Part shown: positions 47,058 to 55,970 of the stretch, piece after piece | How the letters are laid out: every line of letters starts with the position of its first letter | How positions within the stretch are numbered: the first letter of the stretch is position 1 | Virus record (IMG/VR): IMGVR_UViG_3300037067_009128 | Location: 1-64,000 of that record | Strand: one strand, 5' to 3' | DNA from: a virus | Lineage: Duplodnaviria; Caudoviricetes | DNA length: 64,000 nucleotides | Notes under the pieces: generated by a model | Told to the model about the DNA's origin: nothing | Database searches by the model: none | Seen by the model: only the letters and a program-made list of their open reading frames with translations | Program-made: the position numbers and the translations under genes

Positions 47058-47231
47058 TTATTTTCCTTTTCTTTTTATTTTAGTAGCTCTTATACCTTTA
47101 TTTTTTGCTTTATCCCATAATGGTTTAAATGTTTTATTTGATAAATGAATAAGTCCAGACTCTCTTCCTTCTTGAATTAGCATTACATTAGTTAATTCTT
47201 TTATAATAGATTTCAATTCTGATTTCTTCAT
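47058..47231 (-). CDS. 57-aa basic protein (not in ORF track)
   Basis: MKKSELKSIIKELTNVMLIQEGRESG...KRKGK; AAGGA RBS; fills the gap exactly. Confidence 0.6.
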   Translation of the reverse strand: MKKSELKSIIKELTNVMLIQEGRESGLIHLSNKTFKPLWDKAKNKGIRATKIKRKGK

Positions 47232-47240
47232 TTTTTATCC

Positions 47241-47672
47241 TTATATTTGAATCATGGGAACTTGGACTTCCATCATAAGCTTATCTCTTGCTTCATCTTT
47301 TATATATTTATTCAAATAAAATATTTTCTTAACATTAAATGTTATTAAAAGTTTATAACAATTAATACATGGTGGATGAGTTATATAACAAGTTAAAGAA
47401 TCATATTTTCTTTGAAGATTAGAAACAGCTGCAACTTCACCATGAGCACATCTTATACAATGATTATCATGCATTAAACAACCAACATCATCACAATGTT
47501 GAGTTTTTGAGGCAGATGAATTATAACCTATAGCTGCTATTCGATTTTTATCATCAACAAGAACACAACCTACTTTTAATCTAATACAAGTTGCACGTTG
47601 TGAAGCTAATGTTGCTATTCCCATAAATAATTCTTCTCTAGAAATACGTTTATTAACTTTCTTTTTAGGCAT
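47241..47672 (-). CDS. dCMP deaminase (ComEB-like)
   Basis: RATCIRLKVGCVL, IGYN, AHGE, PCINC. Confidence 0.9.
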   Translation of the reverse strand: MPKKKVNKRISREELFMGIATLASQRATCIRLKVGCVLVDDKNRIAAIGYNSSASKTQHCDDVGCLMHDNHCIRCAHGEVAAVSNLQRKYDSLTCYITHPPCINCYKLLITFNVKKIFYLNKYIKDEARDKLMMEVQVPMIQI

Positions 47673-49042
47673 TATATCTCCAATAATTTATTAAAAACTT
47701 CTTCAGGTAATTTTACTTTTTTGTAATAATTATTCATTTTAAAATTTAAATACTCAGAATTACTGTATACATCTTCAATTAAATCTAAATCATTTTCATT
47801 TAATTTATTCTTAAAATCAGGAAAAACTTCACAAAATAAAGCAAGTTGAGTTTCTCTTGAAAATGCAACAAATTTCTTACTTACATTTTTATTTTTTACC
47901 TTTTTATATAATGTGTCAATATTGATTTTAAAATGATTCAATAGGTTTTTATCTAAACAATCAGGTGATTCAGATTGTTTGATTATTTCAATAATTTCTT
48001 CTCTTGTATAAATCTCTTTGATAACAGTGAATCCATCATAATTCTCTAAGTCATTCAAATCACCATCTTTTTTTAAATAAGAATCTGGGTCTTCTCCGTC
48101 AGGTAATAATAATACTTCAAATGGTAATCCTATTTTAATAAATTCTTTTGCATTTCTTTTTATAGCAATTAAGCCTGCATTATCACCATCATACATCATT
48201 AACCATAATGGTGCTAAACTTTTAAGTTTCAATACTTGTTCTTGTTTTAAACTCAATCCAATAGACCCTACAGAATTTTTAAAATCATAACAATGCATAG
48301 TTATTATGTCAAATTGACCTTCAATTAAAAATCCATATCCTTTTTCTTTTATTGACTTTGAAGCTTTATTTAATCCAAAAAGATATCTACTTTTAGAAAA
48401 ATAGAAATTGTCTTGAGTATTAACATATTTAGGATTAAACTCTTTATAAATAGTTCTACCGCTAAAACCTATAGTCCCGATAAGATCATTAAGGGGAATT
48501 GTTACTCTATCAAACAATGAACTCATATAAGTTTCAACAGGAGTATTTTTATTCATTATTTGAAGTAATCCAAGTTCAACTAATTCATTTTTATAATGTT
48601 GAAACTCTTTATATAAATCAAATGAACCACCAGAATAACCTAATTCCCAAAAATCAACTATTTCTTTATTATAACCTCTTTGATTAAATAAATAATCTGA
48701 TGATTCATCTACTCTTGATACAAAATACTCTTTGATATTTTGAAGGATGTTTAAATATGTTTCACCTTCAAGATGAATACCTAATTTTTTAGCAAGATAT
48801 CTAACTGCTTCATCCTTTGTAAGATTATGCATTTTTGCTATAAAATCAAATACATCTCCTTTAAAATCACAACCAAAGCATTTAAAATATTGTTCTTTTG
48901 TATTCACTAAAAAAGAAGGATCTTTGTCAATATGTACGGGACAAACACCTTTGAGATTATCATCATTCTTAAAAGATAAATTAACATATTCAGATATTAT
49001 ATCTTCTATCTTAATTTGATTTTTAATTTCTAATAGATTCAT
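47672..49042 (-). CDS. dnaG: DNA primase
   Basis: CPVH..PSF..CFGC zinc finger; GFSGR, KYVN, EGQFD, YDGDNAG, DPD. Confidence 0.92.
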   Translation of the reverse strand: MNLLEIKNQIKIEDIISEYVNLSFKNDDNLKGVCPVHIDKDPSFLVNTKEQYFKCFGCDFKGDVFDFIAKMHNLTKDEAVRYLAKKLGIHLEGETYLNILQNIKEYFVSRVDESSDYLFNQRGYNKEIVDFWELGYSGGSFDLYKEFQHYKNELVELGLLQIMNKNTPVETYMSSLFDRVTIPLNDLIGTIGFSGRTIYKEFNPKYVNTQDNFYFSKSRYLFGLNKASKSIKEKGYGFLIEGQFDIITMHCYDFKNSVGSIGLSLKQEQVLKLKSLAPLWLMMYDGDNAGLIAIKRNAKEFIKIGLPFEVLLLPDGEDPDSYLKKDGDLNDLENYDGFTVIKEIYTREEIIEIIKQSESPDCLDKNLLNHFKINIDTLYKKVKNKNVSKKFVAFSRETQLALFCEVFPDFKNKLNENDLDLIEDVYSNSEYLNFKMNNYYKKVKLPEEVFNKLLEI

Positions 49043-49044
49043 AT

Positions 49045-49233
49045 TTATGAAAGTTCACCTTTAATAGCTTCTTGTAATTCTTCATTATCTCTTACTGCAG
49101 TAAACAATTCAGAAATCGTTATAAAACTTCCAATTTCTTTAAACCATTTTTCATTTATGAAGATATCTACTGTATATAAATCACACTTTGCTATATCATG
49201 ATAATATGGTTTAATTTTTAATGTTATTTCCAT
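49045..49233 (-). CDS. Hypothetical protein
   Basis: 62 aa ORF downstream of a promoter-like motif. Confidence 0.5.
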   Translation of the reverse strand: MEITLKIKPYYHDIAKCDLYTVDIFINEKWFKEIGSFITISELFTAVRDNEELQEAIKGELS

Positions 49234-49264
49234 TTTTTATACTTATTTTAATTTTTTAATATTA

Positions 49265-49280
49265 CAAATATAAATCTTCA
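49265..49280 (-). promoter_or_regulatory. Putative promoter -7 element TAnnTTTG
   Basis: Minus strand tgaagattTATATTTGtaa. Confidence 0.55.
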
Positions 49281-49281
49281 T

Positions 49282-49398
49282 TTAATAAATATGGATAAAA
49301 GAAACTAACCATTTTATAAATTCATACCCAAGTATAGAAATAATTGCTATTACAATTATAATTATGATTAAGTCGATGAGTTTAAATTCCGGAAACAT
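49282..49398 (-). CDS. 38-aa single-TM protein (not in ORF track)
   Basis: MFPEFKLIDLIIIIIVIAIISILGYEFIKWLVSFIHIY; AAGGAG RBS; TAATG coupling. Confidence 0.65.
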   Translation of the reverse strand: MFPEFKLIDLIIIIIVIAIISILGYEFIKWLVSFIHIY

Positions 49399-49808
49399 TA
49401 TTTCTCCTTATTTTTAGATTTACAATGTATACCATCATCAGTAGGCCCAAAATGAGCATTTGAGTGATTTGATACTTCAAATTCTATCATACAAAGATTT
49501 GCAACATCTACCAAATATTCTAAATTTCCTGTTTTTTGAAAATTTTCAAGTCTTTCAATACATGAACCTATTCTATCCCATTTCATTCCTTGATTTATAC
49601 GCCAATCATTATATCTTAATGTTCCCATAATCACACGATTAGTCATTAACTCAATAAATCTTTTACTCATTAGAGTTTCTTTTAAAACTGGAGCATCAGG
49701 CATAAACTCTCTTTTCTCTTCTTCTTGTTCACATTTCCATAACCATAAATTATGTAAAAAGAATGCCTCATTACCCAAAGGTTTCTTTAAGCAATTTTTA
49801 TTTTCCAT
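49398..49808 (-). CDS. Putative MazG-like/DUF5664-like dNTP diphosphohydrolase
   Basis: MGTLRY..W, GNLEYLVDVANLCMIEF, all-alpha NTP-PPase-like pattern. Confidence 0.45.
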   Translation of the reverse strand: MENKNCLKKPLGNEAFFLHNLWLWKCEQEEEKREFMPDAPVLKETLMSKRFIELMTNRVIMGTLRYNDWRINQGMKWDRIGSCIERLENFQKTGNLEYLVDVANLCMIEFEVSNHSNAHFGPTDDGIHCKSKNKEK

Positions 49809-49820
49809 TTTTACTCCGAT

Positions 49821-50822
49821 TTATTCAGAAAGTAATTGATGTTTGTCTACTGATTGTAAGTATTCTTTGGCTTGTTTTAATATATATTCTCCTACTTGAG
49901 GAACAATACTTTTACCTATTTGATCTGCTACTCCATTTTCACTCCCAAAGAATTGAAAATCAAGTGGATACCCCATTAAGCAAGCATTTTCTCTATTAGT
50001 AAGAGTTCTATTTTCTGTTGGATGAATATATCTTGTAGAACTTCCCATTATTACTGGAGCAGGTTTATCAAGTGCAAGTCTTCTTTGTTGAGAACCGGAA
50101 TACATTGATTCTCCAGTTCTTAATCTTGACATCTTTTCAATTTGTTCATCAGAATGTTTTGGGAATTTATCATTATATAAAACACAACCTTCACTCCTAA
50201 CTTTTTCTAACATTTCAAATGCAGATCTGATAGTTAATTGACCTCGTTTGTCTTCTAAAGGTGGTTTTAAAAAGAATCTGAATGGGTATAAACTACCAAT
50301 AACAAATAATCTATCTCGTACTTGAGCAATTCCAACTTCAGTAGGGTTAATTCTGTGTTCTTCAATATAATAATCAGGAAGTTCAATTTCTTTCTTACTT
50401 ATCATATGTTTTAAAACTGTTCCACCTGCAGTGGCTTCAAATCTTAAATAATTTCTGACACTTGGTAAGTTTTCTAATATAAATATTATAGGTTTTCTAT
50501 CTATAATTTCTTGTACAAATTGAACATATTCAAATTCATCAAAGTCTTTAGTTTGAACATTAACAACATTTTTACTACTTCTACCTGCAGAACTAATTTC
50601 ACCACAAGATGGACTTCCCCAAACAATATCAGCTTTCATATTGTAGAACGCTTTCAATTGTTGAGACCACATAGTATCTGGGAAATTAAAACGATGTGTC
50701 TTAATATTAAAGTATTTTCTAGGTTCAATTGCCCATAAAGTTTTTAAACCTACATTTCTTGCTGCTAATAAAGAGGCTCCCGCTCCGCCAAAAATTACTC
50801 CAAATGTTATGATCTTTTCCAT
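49821..50822 (-). CDS. C5-cytosine DNA methyltransferase-fold enzyme A (motif X GKS)
   Basis: FGGAG, GSPSC, LENL, QVRDR, RTLTNRENACLMGYP, QIGKSI. Confidence 0.85.
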   Translation of the reverse strand: MEKIITFGVIFGGAGASLLAARNVGLKTLWAIEPRKYFNIKTHRFNFPDTMWSQQLKAFYNMKADIVWGSPSCGEISSAGRSSKNVVNVQTKDFDEFEYVQFVQEIIDRKPIIFILENLPSVRNYLRFEATAGGTVLKHMISKKEIELPDYYIEEHRINPTEVGIAQVRDRLFVIGSLYPFRFFLKPPLEDKRGQLTIRSAFEMLEKVRSEGCVLYNDKFPKHSDEQIEKMSRLRTGESMYSGSQQRRLALDKPAPVIMGSSTRYIHPTENRTLTNRENACLMGYPLDFQFFGSENGVADQIGKSIVPQVGEYILKQAKEYLQSVDKHQLLSE

Positions 50823-51136
50823 TATTTATAATCGTATTCTAATGAGTTGTGTAAAAAGTTAATTTCAGGAATAGATAATTCATAATTAATATTTGAACTG
50901 ATATAAAATTCTATGACTTCAAGAAATGCAATCGATTGTTCTATCAATAAAATTTCTTCTTTGATTTTATTTCTTACTTCTTCTTTTAATTCTTTACTTA
51001 AATTTCCTTTTTCAGTATCAATTATAAGATTTTCCTTTCTATCAATACTTGCTTTTAATTTTCCTATTTTTGAAGTTGAAAGAGATTGAATTTGACTACC
51101 AGAAATATTGATTTTTAATGATTCAAACATAAACAC
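50822..51136 (-). CDS. Hypothetical coiled-coil protein between the two MTase paralogues
   Basis: Coupled ORF, GAGG RBS. Confidence 0.5.
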   Translation of the reverse strand: MFMFESLKINISGSQIQSLSTSKIGKLKASIDRKENLIIDTEKGNLSKELKEEVRNKIKEEILLIEQSIAFLEVIEFYISSNINYELSIPEINFLHNSLEYDYK

Positions 51137-52089
51137 CTCATTATTTGTTTTCCTAATTCTTCAGCAACTGGAGGAGAAATACTTTTGCCTATTAAATCTA
51201 AAGAATCATTTTCTTTTCCTATAAATTCAAAATCTAAAGGAAATCCTTGAAAAGTTGCACATTCTCTTACATTTAAGACTCTTGGTTCAAATGGATGTAC
51301 ATATCTTGTACAATGAGAAGTAATTGTAGGGCATACTTTTTGAGGGTTTAATTTCCTATTATTCTGACCACCATAAAACGATTCACCATATTTTAAATTT
51401 TTGAAACCTTCCATTCTTTCTTTTGAATGGTGTGGATTTTCATCATTATATAATGGAGGTTTAAAATTTAAATCTCTTATTTCTCTTTCATTATCCAAAG
51501 TTTCTAATACTTCATTTACACTTTTAACATGGTAGTTAATAGGCATCTTAAAAGTAAAATTATATTTCTTCTTATATAAAATTACGTAAATCCTGTTTCT
51601 TTGTTGTGGAACTCCAAAAAAATAACTATTGAGATTTAAAAATTCAGAATTGTATTCTCCATATTCAATAAATGCTTCAGTAGGTAAATGGATTACTCTA
51701 TCTTTTTGAAACGAAAAGAATTTTTCTATTTTTGTTAGATATTCAATAATTATAAACTCAGCATTTCTTGATAATAATTTTCTTAAAGATTTAATAAAAT
51801 CAAAATCATCAATTGTAAAGGTTTTCAATTCACTACGATCTTCTCGTTTCATTCCTAATGATGATAGCTGTGCACAAGACGGAGAAGAAATCAAAACATC
51901 AATTTTCATATTATCAAATTCATCAAAATCATCTGAGATATTTATGTTAGGAAAATGGTATTCCCAAGTTTTAATATTTTTATAGAAAAAATCTCTATCA
52001 TCTAATATAAATGAAGGTTCAAATCCAGCTTGTTTCAATCCAAGAATATTACCTATACCAGAAGAAATTCCACCACAAGTTTTATTCAT
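51115..52089 (-). CDS. C5-cytosine DNA methyltransferase-fold enzyme B (motif X GKS)
   Basis: SSGIG, SSPSC, IEYL, GVPQQRNR, RVLNVRECATFQGFP, LIGKSI. Confidence 0.8.
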   Translation of the reverse strand: MNKTCGGISSGIGNILGLKQAGFEPSFILDDRDFFYKNIKTWEYHFPNINISDDFDEFDNMKIDVLISSPSCAQLSSLGMKREDRSELKTFTIDDFDFIKSLRKLLSRNAEFIIIEYLTKIEKFFSFQKDRVIHLPTEAFIEYGEYNSEFLNLNSYFFGVPQQRNRIYVILYKKKYNFTFKMPINYHVKSVNEVLETLDNEREIRDLNFKPPLYNDENPHHSKERMEGFKNLKYGESFYGGQNNRKLNPQKVCPTITSHCTRYVHPFEPRVLNVRECATFQGFPLDFEFIGKENDSLDLIGKSISPPVAEELGKQIMRCLCLNH

Positions 52090-52661
52090 TTAATTCCTCT
52101 CATACATTCAGTTTTATCAATTTTAGCTTGAGTTAAAACCTTTTTAACATAATCTTGTGTTAAAACAGTTTTAGTATCTATTTTAATTATAGGTGCTTCA
52201 TTCATAATTAAATAATCAACTGTTTTCATATAAATCTTTTGAATTTCTAATATTTCTTCAAATGTAAATAATCTTTCACCTCTAGTTTCAAATCTTGATT
52301 TTAAAACATTTTCATCTGAACAATAAGTAATAAAAACTTGAACATCTTTATTTAATTCTTTATTGAAAAGGTATTTATAAACATAATCAATATCTGTATC
52401 TCTATTAAAGAATTTAGAATAAACCAAAGATGAAATTAATCCTCTATCTAGTACAAAATCATATTGTTTAGCTAAAGGAAATATTGAATCAAAGAAAAAT
52501 CTTGTGATCACTTCAATTTGATTCTCATTTAATTTCTCACGTTTATCTAATTTTAAGATATCTAATCTTTTTTTAATAACAGGGATACATTTAATATCAG
52601 AAATCATTTTTGCTAAAGTTGATTTCCCCGATAAATCAACTCCGTCTACTATTATTAACAT
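52086..52661 (-). CDS. dNMP (thymidylate-type) kinase
   Basis: IIVDGVDLSGKST, LDRGLISSLVY, RFETRGE. Confidence 0.85.
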   Translation of the reverse strand: MLIIVDGVDLSGKSTLAKMISDIKCIPVIKKRLDILKLDKREKLNENQIEVITRFFFDSIFPLAKQYDFVLDRGLISSLVYSKFFNRDTDIDYVYKYLFNKELNKDVQVFITYCSDENVLKSRFETRGERLFTFEEILEIQKIYMKTVDYLIMNEAPIIKIDTKTVLTQDYVKKVLTQAKIDKTECMRGIK

Positions 52662-53052
52662 TCTTTTTTTCTCCTACTTCTGTTGAAAAATCTTTAATAA
52701 AAATAATTGAATCATTTGTAATTTTAAACCAATCTTTCAAATCTGGGTATTCATCATCCATTATTGATTTAATTATTTTTAACATATTACTTCTACCAAT
52801 TTGATTATGTCCTTGAAAATGGTCATAAACACATATACATCCATTAGGATTCCTTATAGCCATTTCAATAAATGTTATAGCTAATAATTTGGATCTTCCT
52901 TCTCCTATATGTTCAGTAGGATCTAATAACCATCTTATTGATTGTATATGTTGTTTTTGAGTTAATGTTAATTTATCCGGGTCTTTATCAATAGATAATA
53001 TCTCATTAATATCATTTAATTTTCGAACTAATGTATTTGAATTTATAGACAT
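52636..53052 (-). CDS. Hypothetical protein
   Basis: AAGGAG RBS; GEGRSKLLA resembles a degenerate P-loop. Confidence 0.5.
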   Translation of the reverse strand: MSINSNTLVRKLNDINEILSIDKDPDKLTLTQKQHIQSIRWLLDPTEHIGEGRSKLLAITFIEMAIRNPNGCICVYDHFQGHNQIGRSNMLKIIKSIMDDEYPDLKDWFKITNDSIIFIKDFSTEVGEKKNVNNSRRS

Positions 53053-53099
53053 AAAATACTCCTTTTATTTTAAAAACATTATATTAAATATAATACTAC

Positions 53100-54035
53100 T
53101 TATAATTTAATAACATTAAAATCTAATAAATTTTTTGAGTTTATCGACCAGTCATCTAAAAGTTTATCCTTTTTTAGGTATGCATGTAGTATTGCAAAAT
53201 AATAACTTTTAGCAAAATTACTACTAAATTCTTTATCATTTATACCTAGTTCACTAACTTCATAATTAGGTACTTCGCACAAATCAATTAGGTCATCTAT
53301 CAACTCAACATCTTTTTTAGTAAATGATCCATCATCTTCAAAAAATATCCAATCTTGTTTTATTAGTTTTGTGATAGTATTCTTTACTGAACCGGTAACA
53401 TCTCTTTTCTTTTGATAGTATATTTCAGGTACAAAATGAAAATAACTACCTAATTTTAAATTAGTTTCTGAAGCAACATATCTTTGTAATAATGTATGGT
53501 GAAAAACATCATAAGGTAATAAATTCATAACATCATTAACTCTCATATTAACATACACATCAAGTTCACCATTTCTGTTCATAAACTGTATTGTTAGTGT
53601 ACAAGGTCTTCTTGGATAAAGATCTCTAGTCATAAGATATTTATCATCCCATATATTTAGAATACATTCAGAATATCCTTTTTTAAGACGTTTTATAATA
53701 ACAGGTAATTGAGAATTATAAACATCTCCATAACTATAACAAAATCCTTCAAAATCTTCTTCTTCATTTTTTAATTTTTTTGCCCAATTAGGTCTAAATT
53801 GATAAGCTGTTCCTGGATTATTTCTACTTTCTTTTTGAGAAAGACGATTAACTCCTTCTACAAAACACCAAGACCAATTCTTTCTAATAGATATTAAAGA
53901 ATTACAAGGATTTGTTAATTCAAAAAATACTCCTGGGTAACTCTTAAATTTTCCTACAATTTGTCCTGTTGATTCAAGAGTTTCTAAGATTTTTAAATAT
54001 ATATTATAAAAATTATTTTCTTTAAGAATTAACAT
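53100..54035 (-). CDS. Thymidylate synthase homologue, dCMP-modifying type (hydroxymethylase-like), divergent
   Basis: RPCTLTIQF, MRVND, PYDV (Asp at the TS Asn position), LGSYFH; probable start ATG 54035. Confidence 0.75.
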   Translation of the reverse strand: MLILKENNFYNIYLKILETLESTGQIVGKFKSYPGVFFELTNPCNSLISIRKNWSWCFVEGVNRLSQKESRNNPGTAYQFRPNWAKKLKNEEEDFEGFCYSYGDVYNSQLPVIIKRLKKGYSECILNIWDDKYLMTRDLYPRRPCTLTIQFMNRNGELDVYVNMRVNDVMNLLPYDVFHHTLLQRYVASETNLKLGSYFHFVPEIYYQKKRDVTGSVKNTITKLIKQDWIFFEDDGSFTKKDVELIDDLIDLCEVPNYEVSELGINDKEFSSNFAKSYYFAILHAYLKKDKLLDDWSINSKNLLDFNVIKL

Positions 54036-55071
54036 AATCAACCCAATTTGGATACATTTTTTGAAATTCTTCATGTAAAGGAATCATCAATTCCCTCATT
54101 TGAGGATGTGCAGCATTAGATGTTCTCATATAAAAAATCCATTGCCATTCTTTCAGATTAGTAGTAACAACAATTTCCGTTTTTATATGGTGACTCAATT
54201 TACCTCTAGCTTGTTGAGGTTGAAGACCATAATTTATAGCATTTAAATATCTTGATTCATTAATTGCACAATCAAAGAAGAATTCTTTATCAATATCAGA
54301 ACTAAACTCAAAATTTCTTTTTTCACCTTCATGATATTCATGTTCAGATATGTTAACCCAAGGAGGTATTATATAAGTTAATTGATTTCCAAATTTATCT
54401 TTACTATAATTACAATATCTTGTACTTTCTTGTGAGAATGCAATATTGTTACGATGTCTTACAAGTTCATGAGTAACTCCTCTATCACAAACAAAATTAA
54501 CAGAAACACATTCATGAATTAACTTCTCATCAAATGTTAAAAGTTCAGTATTGTTGAGTTCAAAGAATAAGGTTTGATTATCTTTTTCATATGTATGTTT
54601 AATTACCGGAAAAGGTTCTTTGTTTATTAAATCTTTAAAAAATAATGAGTATTTATTAATTAAATAATAATACAATTCTAAAAACATAAAATTATCTTCT
54701 ATGTCATTTACTTGTTTAATATAATTAAAAACATCAATAATTAAATTTCTAAATGCTCTTACATTTCCTGAGACAAAACATCTATGATAACTATGGGCTT
54801 TATCTCTTGAGAGTTTTAAATATTTTGTTGACATTCCATCATTGAATGTAATAAACCATTTATAGAATGCTGAATTAGTTATTGCAAAAATAAGATTATG
54901 ATGTTCAAGAACTGAATAATGATTTCTTTCTTTTATTTTACTTATAAACTTAATATAACTATCATCAGTAATTAAACATTCAGATTGATAACAAACCCTT
55001 CCGCAATTTTCTATTTTTTTATAAGGGTTATCTTCTTTTATAATTTCAAAATAAGGTTTTATTAATCTCAT
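54022..55071 (-). CDS. thyX: Flavin-dependent thymidylate synthase
   Basis: GRVCY, HYSVLEH, DRGVTHELVRHR..FSQESTRY, AHPQMR. Confidence 0.92.
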   Translation of the reverse strand: MRLIKPYFEIIKEDNPYKKIENCGRVCYQSECLITDDSYIKFISKIKERNHYSVLEHHNLIFAITNSAFYKWFITFNDGMSTKYLKLSRDKAHSYHRCFVSGNVRAFRNLIIDVFNYIKQVNDIEDNFMFLELYYYLINKYSLFFKDLINKEPFPVIKHTYEKDNQTLFFELNNTELLTFDEKLIHECVSVNFVCDRGVTHELVRHRNNIAFSQESTRYCNYSKDKFGNQLTYIIPPWVNISEHEYHEGEKRNFEFSSDIDKEFFFDCAINESRYLNAINYGLQPQQARGKLSHHIKTEIVVTTNLKEWQWIFYMRTSNAAHPQMRELMIPLHEEFQKMYPNWVDYVNS

Positions 55072-55073
55072 GT

Positions 55074-55301
55074 TTATTCCTCATCATTTTCATCTTCTTC
55101 ATCTTGAACTAAATATTCTGGCCATTTACCAGAACTTTCATATTCTCTGACACAATCAATTGCATACTGTTCTATTTGTTTTTTCAAATCTCCTGCAGGT
55201 ATGAGTTTAGATGAATTTACATTAAAACTAGCATTAGTATTGATCTTTTTATTGTCTAAAGACTCAGATGTTATTATAATTGATATTAAACATTTATCCA
55301 T
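55074..55301 (-). CDS. Hypothetical protein with acidic tail
   Basis: AAGGAG RBS. Confidence 0.55.
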   Translation of the reverse strand: MDKCLISIIITSESLDNKKINTNASFNVNSSKLIPAGDLKKQIEQYAIDCVREYESSGKWPEYLVQDEEDENDEE

Positions 55302-55320
55302 TAAATTAGCTCCTTTTTAA

Positions 55321-55956
55321 TTAATAATTACTTTCTTGTCGAAATTGATTTACTCTTGATTTTTGATAATACATATTAAGAATTTCAATAGGTTTCATTT
55401 TTAAAAATAAGATGTTAAGATATTTAATAAAAGCTTTTGATAAAAACGATTGATACTTGACAATATCTGTTGAAACATGAGTACATTTCCATGGTTTTAT
55501 TTTTAAACAATTCATAGTTTTACCAAGGATTTTTATAAAATCTCTCAATTCTATATCAAGAGTTTCATCATCTAATAATTGAGCATCAAGATATTTATCA
55601 TAAGGTTTAAAATCACAAAAAACTTCAGCATCTATACTTGATAATAAACAAAGTTCAACAATAAAATGTAAACCGTCCATCATTTCTTCTTTATAGTGTA
55701 CTTCATCATGAAAATCATCTAAAGCTTCTAAAGCCTCACCAATTTCTTCAACAATTCTCCAAGCAAAATTCTTCAATAAATTCTGATCTTTACCATTATC
55801 TATATTACAAAATAAATTCTCTGGATAATAAAATCCATTTTTAACTTCAATAGGTGCATATTTTATCGCTAATTCATGTTGACGTTTAAAGATCAGAGGA
55901 ATTAGATCGATGGTATCTTTTTCAGAAAATTCTGTGGTATAATCATTAATATTCAT
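55321..55956 (-). CDS. Dimeric all-alpha dUTPase/dCTPase-like dNTP pyrophosphatase
   Basis: EEIGEALE, EEMMDGLHF, KPWK, YYQKSRVNQFRQESNY. Confidence 0.8.
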   Translation of the reverse strand: MNINDYTTEFSEKDTIDLIPLIFKRQHELAIKYAPIEVKNGFYYPENLFCNIDNGKDQNLLKNFAWRIVEEIGEALEALDDFHDEVHYKEEMMDGLHFIVELCLLSSIDAEVFCDFKPYDKYLDAQLLDDETLDIELRDFIKILGKTMNCLKIKPWKCTHVSTDIVKYQSFLSKAFIKYLNILFLKMKPIEILNMYYQKSRVNQFRQESNY

Positions 55957-55970
55957 TTAGTTTATTCCTT

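Noticed and set aside
49398-49808. Z-genome or 7-deazaguanine pathway suggested by a DUF5664-like gene
   Set aside because: No PurZ, DatZ, FolE/QueC/QueD/QueE or DpdA recognised in the window
49821-52089. Ordinary restriction-modification system or plain orphan Dcm
   Set aside because: No restriction endonuclease seen, and the SAM-pocket motifs are altered in the same way in both copies
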